Below are positions 1 to 6,386 of a stretch of DNA of 6,386 bases, one piece after another. This DNA comes from Zygophlyctis sp. KS116. Lineage: Eukaryota; Fungi; Chytridiomycota. The stretch's first letter is position 1. Each line of letters begins with the position of its first letter. The position numbers and the translations under genes were made by a program. The stretch is from contig BAAFSQ010000442.1 of the NCBI GenBank assembly GCA_054661495.1, positions 1-6,386 on the forward strand. The letters run 5' to 3'. The notes below the pieces were generated by a model. It was not told the origin of the DNA. It did not search any database and saw nothing but the letters and a program-made list of their open reading frames with translations.

Positions 1-2
1 AA

Positions 3-464
3 AAAGATGTGAAAATCGCCGTACTCAATGAACAGCTCAAGAATTCGAACATGGAAAAGTTGATGGAGAAGCAAGCATATTCTATTCGAGCCGCTATGGA
101 GACTCTCCTTCTCAAAAAATATCCTGAAAAACCTAGAAAGATGGAAGAAAAGTTAAAGAAATATTGGGAGGAAGATCCGCAGTTGAAGGAGACTTATTTG
201 AAATTATGTGAAAAATTTAATTGTTCCAACTATGCTCACTTAGTACCTTCAAAACTGTACCATTCTCTGTCGAGTAAAATTCACGGAGGAGGTTTTCCCA
301 TTAAGTGCAATATCAAAGATTCGAGTTTGTCTGCTGCGGAATGGTCTTTTGTCATTGCTGTATTCAAGGAGAATCTTCCAAACAATGGTTTTATTGTATT
401 TGATTCCGAAGACAATCAAATTGATATTGATACTTTTAATACATCCAATAACAAAGTCTGTTGA
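3..464 (+). CDS. 3' part of an uncharacterised protein (coiled-coil-like start, then a helical domain); probably begins upstream of the window
   Basis: Over 150 open codons with protein-like composition. The track start is a GTG and the frame is open to the window edge (KDVKIAVLNEQLK...). TGA at 462-464. Confidence 0.7.
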   Translation, partial: KDVKIAVLNEQLKNSNMEKLMEKQAYSIRAAMETLLLKKYPEKPRKMEEKLKKYWEEDPQLKETYLKLCEKFNCSNYAHLVPSKLYHSLSSKIHGGGFPIKCNIKDSSLSAAEWSFVIAVFKENLPNNGFIVFDSEDNQIDIDTFNTSNNKVC

Positions 465-670
465 TCACTTCAAGTTTTCCATTAATGAAAATTCCTCTGC
501 TAATTAGAGAATTGATTGTACAATCCACTATTCTGATACGTCAGATAACATACGGTGTTTATTGAGTTATTCCTTTATAGTGCACAAGGCAGCTTCTACA
601 AAAGATATTGAAGAGTTATCTGCTAAAGTTTATCAGGCCTCTGCTCGGCATGAGAAACGTGTGGCTCAAC

Positions 671-686
671 TTTTTTTTTTTTTTTT
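671..686 (-). repeat. Poly(A) tail (A16) marking the 3' insertion junction
   Basis: Uninterrupted T16 on the plus strand directly downstream of the 3' UTR and AATAAA. Confidence 0.9.
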
Positions 687-942
687 AATTTATTAAGGCC
701 ACTACAATATCAAAATCCCATATATAAACATTTTCATAATCCCTTTTGATGGTACATCTGTCCATGATAAAGTTATTTGGTAGTTTGTATATCCTCTTTG
801 AGAAAGTACATCCTATTTAAAGGAAGAGAATTTTGATTCCAGCACCTAGAGTATAATACTTCTAGTGTCTCATGATTTTGACTTTGGCAAAAATGAATTT
901 TGCATTCCACTGGCGAGATGCCTCTTTGAGGTCCCAATTGTA
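687..942 (-). other. 3' UTR of the retrotransposon (256 nt)
   Basis: Lies between the ORF2 TGA (943-945) and the poly(A) tail. Confidence 0.8.
689..694 (-). promoter_or_regulatory. Polyadenylation signal AATAAA
   Basis: The minus strand reads CCTT-AATAAA-TT-(A)16, so the signal almost abuts the tail, as in L1-type elements. Confidence 0.7.
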
Positions 943-1620
943 TCAGTCCTTGAAATTCAACTTTGGTCCCAGTTCAGACACTGGACCTCCTGTTAAGCGC
1001 CCAACTCTCCCAGAGTCGCCTTCTTCCCCTTCAACTTCATCCCCCTGATTAGGATGAAGTTCCTCCCTTGGAACAGTGAACTTGATTTTTAATTTTGGTG
1101 GTTTACGGATCTCATTCTGAGCGTCATTGTTCTTTCTTGTTCTGTTTAATAGAATTTTTGATGCTTGATCTATATTTGTTTTTAGAGAGATTTTAGCTAT
1201 ATTTATCAATCTTATTCTTATACGTTTATTGTGAGTGTCGTTATCAAAATCCTTTTTCCTTTTACGATTATACTTCTGATTCTTATTTTGTACAGCTATA
1301 CATCTACTCGACCATATGTGTTTATATATTGTTGAGAGCCAACAATCCATTGTAAAATGTAGCCAAAGCATTGCATTTTCTTTGGTTCTATTGACTGTTT
1401 TAAAGTTCTGAATGAGATTGTCCGTGATTAATCCCTGTGCAACTTTTGTCTTTAAAAATTCTAATGTATTCTGACGTATTCCTAGAATGAACATCAAGTG
1501 TTTAAATGTCGGTCGATTTCCCTGATCATACAATATCTTATATCCTTTGTTAGATATTCTCTTTTCCATATTTTGGATCGTGTCTTGGTACAGAATTGTT
1601 CTTATGTTTTTATTCTTAGT

Positions 1621-1671
1621 ACATTCAAATATATGTGAATGATTCTCCTCTATTAAATTACATCGTGCACA
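1621..1671 (-). other. C-terminal CCHC zinc knuckle of ORF2
   Basis: CARCNLIEENHSHIFEC = C-x2-C-x8-H-x3-C, preceded by QLSTLD (an LPT-like motif) as in LINE ORF2 C-termini. Confidence 0.85.
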
Positions 1672-2019
1672 TATGTTATCATCAGTATACTTTTTGTGCG
1701 TTGTATTCCACTTGAGAACTTGGTCTAATGTACTTAACTGTTTTGTGATTAATTGTATACGAAAGTTTTGTTCCTTTAAGTTTGAGACATCCAAGAAATT
1801 AGTTTTGTCCATTCCTGTTTGGATTAATTTCAAAGTATTTGGAATATTAAACTCGATAATTTCTTTCCGGACAAAATATCTTTGAGTAATGTCCTCGTTG
1901 TCTTTCTGATTTAATTTTTTAAAATAAGTACTTGGATATTCATTGATTATTGCCTCATTCTGGAAGATGTATAGTTTATTACTTGAATTAGGGACTATGT
2001 AACTTGGGTGTTCCGAGTT

Positions 2020-2450
2020 GGCCGCTGCTTTAGCCAAGTCATCAACTTCATTGTTTCTATAATCGTTACTATGACTTTTTACTTTTGTAAATACCGGGGG
2101 TATTTGGAATTTTTTCAATTCATGGCATATCTCTTCTATAATATTATAATTGATAAACTTAATACGGGATCTCTCTTTTGTAATTAAGCTATAATTTGTA
2201 ATAGAGGTAATTGCAGCCTGAGAGTCCGTATGAATATTTAAACTGACATTACCACTACATTTTTTAAGTGCAATTAAGATTGCTATCAATTCCGCCTTTG
2301 TTGACGATGGGTTCAAGGTATCAACTCTGGTTTTGATTTGATCGATTTTAGATTCATTGTTCCAAAAGGTAACAGCTGCTCCAAGTTTATGATTATTATT
2401 CCCTGTTTGATCGAGAAACAGACTACCATCAGTCCACACCTTTATCTTAT
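2020..2450 (-). CDS. Ribonuclease HI domain (boundaries approximate)
   Basis: WTDGS (D 2428-2430), STKAEL (E 2290-2292), HTDSQ (D 2224-2226), KVKSHS (H 2071-2073), NNEVDDLAK (D 2041-2043): a full D-E-D-H-D set. Confidence 0.94.
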
Positions 2451-3289
2451 GGTCTTTTATATTATTGATCAAATTTATTTCTTTGTGTTTGAAAGCATTA
2501 TAGTATTCAAAGGCATGGTCTAATACAATATCCTCATTTACTAGTATGTATTTCTTGACTATATTTTGCCACCATTGTGGGACTGTGTCATAAATCTTCT
2601 TTTTAAAGATTCTCCTATGTTGATTTCTTAGTTCATTAAAAGAGATTATTTGGTTATTATTAGATGGCCTTATTATCATTTGTTTCTTGAGATCAAGATG
2701 GTATAAGACTTTTTGTTCTGTAGTGTATTCTTGATGTGGTATTTTCCTTATGATCTCTGTTATTGGGTCTTCATTCCCTGTCCTAATTTGTATATTATTA
2801 AGATGTAAAATATCGATTATATATTTCAACAAACTCATTTGGGTTTTCAGTTTTATCGGACGAACTATTAGAGGAAGAGGACATTTTATTTTGTGTTGTA
2901 ATTTCTCTAGAGCTCTAATAAGTATTTCATTTGTAAAAGTAGTACTTCTAATAATAGTGTATACATCCGATAATGTATAATTCGTTCTTAATTTTTCAAA
3001 GGAAAAGAGATTTATAGCGAAATTTTTATCATAAAAGATGAAATTCTTTGAGTTTTTTGGTAGATTATATTTCATTTTGCATAACCTTCTTAGTTTATTG
3101 TCAATTTCCTTTACGAATGTTTTAGACATTGGAATTAGTTGTGATTTATATAATAGTTGTGGAATTATTACAGTATTGATCAAATGGCACATTATCTTAC
3201 CTGGAATGTATTTATATTGAATTGCATTAATCTGTTTTGTGAGATCGTTCAGAATTTTTTTAGTTGTCATTTTATAATTCCCATCCATT

Positions 3290-4201
3290 GACCAATGGAC
3301 TCCTAGAATTCTTACAAGCTCATTTTTTGGAACGATTTCAATCACCTTATCTCTAATCTTAAATACATGACTAGATAGGTCCTGGTTGCTAATTATTTTG
3401 GATTTATTTTCGTTTAAATACATTTTATTTCCTTTGAGGAAGTTGTCAATATGATTGATCATGGTCTGTAGTTCTTCTGGATTATCTGAGATTGGATGTA
3501 TATCATCTGCATAAGCTAAGGCTTGAACACTAATGTCTTTGTATAACTTATATCCCTTCATTTTTTGTAAATTAATTAGTAACACATCATAAAAGATATT
3601 CCACAGTATTGGAGACATAGGATCTCCCTGTGGTAATCCTCTTAGCAATGATTTCTTCTGTGAGTCCATTCGGGGTATTAATTCGGACTGATCTCTTTAG
3701 GATTTTCTCAACTTGTTTGATGAAAAAGGTTGGAATTTTTAGTCTTTTTAGTGATGAGACAATACTTTCAAAAGGTACACTATCATATGCCTTTTGGACA
3801 TCTAGTGTGGCACTCCAGAGCATTTTTTTACTTAACTTTGCATCATCAATTAAAATCCTTAAAATACATAGTGGGTCTTTTGTACTACAATTAGATTTGA
3901 AACCAAAATTATGTCCTTGTAGTAGTCGATTATTTTCTATTACACTTGTTAATCTGTCAGTTAAAATCTTGGAGAACATTTTTTTCATTGTGTTATTAAG
4001 AGTTATCGGACGTAATTTACTCAAATTCCCGTCCCAATCTTTTACTTTGGGAATCAGGACAACAACAGCTTTGTTTAACTCATCTGGAAGCTCATCCAGA
4101 AACAAGAATTCATTAAGTATCTTTACTATAAGTTGTAAAACATTTTCATTTTTAATCAATTGTATTAATTCATTGGTAATTTCTGATGGGCCTGGACTCT
4201 T
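3290..4201 (-). CDS. Non-LTR reverse transcriptase domain, split by the frameshift (boundaries approximate)
   Basis: KSPGP, LIPK, LRPITL, NFGF, LDVQKAYDSV (3782-3802 core), GLPQGDPMSPILW, LAYADD (YADD at 3502-3513), LNENKS, RILGVHW. Confidence 0.96.
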
Positions 4202-4969
4202 CTACTTTGGTAGATTTTTAGTTAATTCTTTCACTTCCTCCATTGTGATGGGATTGGCAATTTCATTGAAGATACACTCATTAATTTCAAGTTCTGGAAA
4301 AAGAGTTTCATCTATTGTTTTGTTATCTGTGTTTTTATATAAGTTATAGAAATGATCTTGAGTTTCAATTAATGTTTGTTTCATATTATTGATAATTTCC
4401 CCATTTTCTTTCCTGATAAAGAATACATCACCTATCTTAAGTTTATTTTCAAAGATTGAATCAATTTGTCTCTTTTGATTATGTAAAAATGAGGTGGCTC
4501 TACGGTCCATTAATTTCCTAATTCTCTTTTTCCTTTTCTTTTTAAGTCTTCTATTGATGCACTCTTTGATCTTACTAATCTTGAAATCTTGCTTCTGATC
4601 ATAAGGATATTCTGCATTAACAAATTTTTTCCAATATATTTCTATTCTGTGATCACTTATCTCATCTAAATAGGCTGAATCTAAATATTTAATTATCTTT
4701 CTAAAGTTTTGTGTAAATTTTTGAGGGATTTGTTTTTGGTCGCTTTGAGTTAATTTTTTCGGGAGAGTTGTTTTTGCTATGTTCCTTAATCTAGTCGAAA
4801 ATCTATTGTAATCAATATTCTGTTTATTTAATAAGAGGAGTTCTCTGTTTAGTTGATTATTATACTCAATACAATCATTTTTCTTGATTTCTTTGTAGTC
4901 GATATTTAAAATTTTCTTGTTAACCTGATTTATTCTGATCTCTTGCAATTTTATCTCCTTAAAGTCAGA

Positions 4970-5764
4970 CTCCAGATCTAAACATATTGGTAAATGGTGA
5001 TGATTACCGATTCTATTCAGATTTCGGATTCCTTTTACATTCTTGATCAGATTCTCACTTATGAATGTCAGATCGATTCTTGATTTAGCAGGTAATTCCT
5101 TACCTATACTAACTTGATGAGTAAAACTTTTTGTGGCGGGGTAGATAAATCTAAATATATCTTTCAGATTATATTTTTGTTTCAGAAAATTTGTGATTTT
5201 TGGTGAACCACATTGTTTTTTCCAGTTTTTTAATCCTATTTCACTGCTGTCATAACCATATTCTTTATCTAAGCTCGGATTTTGAATCTCATTGAAATCC
5301 CCTTGAATGATCGTTCGACTCTCATTCGATTGATTTAACAAATTTAAGTTAATAAATTTTATGATATTCTTTTGAATTGATTTATAGTCCTTATTTGATC
5401 TATTTGGATTATATATAACAATGTACTTGAGGTCTAAATTGCTTTTTTTCTCTTTGAAATGAAGTCCGATTCCATGTCCAGATAAAAAATTTTTTTCGAT
5501 CAGAAAAGGAATAATTTTCTTGGAGATAATTACTAATGTCCCACATCCAAATTTGGGATAACTCAAATTGTCATGATCTGATAGAATAGCATATTTTTTA
5601 TTTATGTTTTCATTTAAAATATAGTTAATTCCTTTTGGGTCTTTGATCCATGTTTCGGAAATACTAAAGATCAGTGGTTTTTCCTGAGTTAATATATTCT
5701 CAATGTAAATTCTATTTATTTCATTATTTAGACCAGATATATTCCAATGAATAAAATGTGATGT
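4970..5764 (-). CDS. Apurinic/apyrimidinic-like (APE/EEP) endonuclease domain (boundaries approximate)
   Basis: Ordered EEP motifs: HWNISGL (W at 5744-5746), FSISETW, IYNPN, IIQGDFNE, LKDIFR, SFTH, SRIDLTF, and HHHLPI in place of the usual SDHxP. Confidence 0.93.
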
Positions 5765-6233
5765 ATTTCCATTTATGGAATGCATCAATTTATTTGATAT
5801 GGATCTATAGAAATAATAACTCAAAGAGTGAAAGAAATTAGTAAGAAGTTTATTATTCAAATTCTTTTTTACGATTGAGATGGATTTTCCCGTTTTCCCA
5901 TAAAATTTCTCATTCAATTCATTCGTAAAAGCTGATGTATTAGATTCATCTTCCATTTGATTCAGTCCGGACATTTCTTTTAGTTGATAAAAATTTTTTT
6001 GATTAAAATTATTTCTGTTTTTAAAAAGTTTGTGGCTTATCAATTTGTGGCTGTATTTTTTGAGGCTTGTTTGGTTGCTTGGACATCTCAGGAAATAGAG
6101 TTTTGTTTTTATAACTTCTATTTTATTGCATTTTGTTAAAATAAAGTTGTCTCTGTTATATATTTTGAGATAAAATATATAGTTCATTATTATTTCTACT
6201 AAAAAATTTATTATTTTAGATATATTAGATATT

Positions 6234-6261
6234 TTATATGTAAGGTTATATGTAAGGTTAT
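6234..6261. repeat. 12-bp tandem duplication (TTATATGTAAGG x2.3), encoding NLTY-NLTY on the minus strand
   Basis: Read directly from the sequence. Confidence 0.85.
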
Positions 6262-6386
6262 TGTCGTTCGAGTCATTGCCCACAGATGTAAAATAAACTA
6301 CACCATGGGTGTAGCCTTTACTATACGGGGAGAAGACAAGCTTCTGGGCTCTATTTGTACTAAAAAATATTATATTCATCGCGTTT

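Larger units (their letters stand above)
943..6379 (-). pseudogene. Disrupted ORF2-type polyprotein (~1810 aa when repaired): one in-frame TAG and one frameshift
   Basis: ORFs 4202..6379 and 3587..4159 share a frame and read LPK*KSPGPSEITNELIQLIKNENV across the stop. ORFs 3587..4159 and 943..3669 overlap inside one RT motif (NGLTEEIIAKR / RGLPQGDPMSP). The frame is also open upstream of ATG 6379 to the window edge, so the true start is uncertain. Confidence 0.88.
671..6386 (-). mobile_element. Non-LTR (LINE-like) retrotransposon, APE-RT-RNase H type; 5' end and any ORF1 not in the window
   Basis: Collinear APE, RT, RNase H and CCHC motifs on the minus strand, then a 3' UTR, AATAAA and a pure 16-nt A tail. 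No LTR, protease or integrase motifs seen. Confidence 0.95.

Noticed and set aside
485-670. Small spliced gene from ATG 485 with a 518-580 intron (MKIPLLIRELI/CTRQLLQK...)
   Set aside because: Formally open, but the donor is weak, there is no clear branch point near the acceptor, and it starts only 20 nt after the upstream stop.
640-686. Rho-independent terminator at the T16 tract
   Set aside because: No strong GC hairpin directly before it and the context is eukaryotic. The tract is better explained as the element's poly(A) tail.
1673-3220. Four short plus-strand ORFs of 60-76 aa
   Set aside because: Antisense shadows of ORF2 with F/I/L-rich composition mirroring the A-rich sense strand; no motifs.
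3587-4159. 190-aa ORF (and the 908-aa ORF) as independent genes
   Set aside because: Their ends fall inside conserved RT motifs, so they are fragments of one polyprotein.
4202-4204. Alternative genetic code with TAG as a sense codon
   Set aside because: Only one in-frame TAG and no in-frame TAA in about 1800 AT-rich codons; a reassigned codon should occur more often.
3630-4349. 239-aa plus-strand ORF antisense to the RT
   Set aside because: GTG start and no recognisable motifs. In this register an antisense stop needs a sense Tyr, His or Gln codon after a pyrimidine-ending codon, so long shadow ORFs are expected.
6266-6274. GTTCGAGTC, a Pol III B-box or tRNA T-loop match
   Set aside because: No A-box upstream, no T-stem and no cloverleaf.
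6258-6352. HDV-like or hammerhead ribozyme call (TCCCCGT, GGGCAA and CGAA fragments on the minus strand)
   Set aside because: The P3/L3/P1 order needed for an HDV fold cannot be built and there is no CUGANGA/GAAA core. Kept only as an unclassified structure.
943-6379. Bacterial RT system (group II intron, retron, DGR, defence RT) or LTR element
   Set aside because: APE plus RNase H plus CCHC plus AATAAA/poly(A) is diagnostic of a eukaryotic non-LTR element. No integrase, protease, LTR or template/variable repeat pair was seen.

Overview
Most of the window (671-6386, minus strand) is one AT-rich eukaryotic non-LTR (LINE-like) retrotransposon whose 5' end lies beyond the window. The three large minus-strand ORFs in the track are pieces of one ~1810-aa ORF2-type polyprotein: ~205-aa leader, APE endonuclease, RT (YADD), RNase H (D-E-D-H-D), CCHC knuckle and a basic tail. 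It is broken by one in-frame TAG (4202-4204) and one frameshift (~3640), and is followed by a 256-nt 3' UTR, AATAAA and an A16 tail. The motif style reminds me of RNase H-bearing LINEs from early-diverging fungi (inference, not searched). Positions 1-670 are flanking DNA carrying the 3' part of an unknown convergent gene. The best leads are: (i) an NKLMHSINGN motif where 2A peptides sit in other LINEs, a possible non-2A polyprotein-processing signal; (ii) ET-domain-binding-like motifs (PPKLKIKF, KRIRIRL) in the C-terminal tail; (iii) a folded RNA island at the 5' edge; (iv) a HEPN-like signature in the flanking gene. All four are untested hypotheses.
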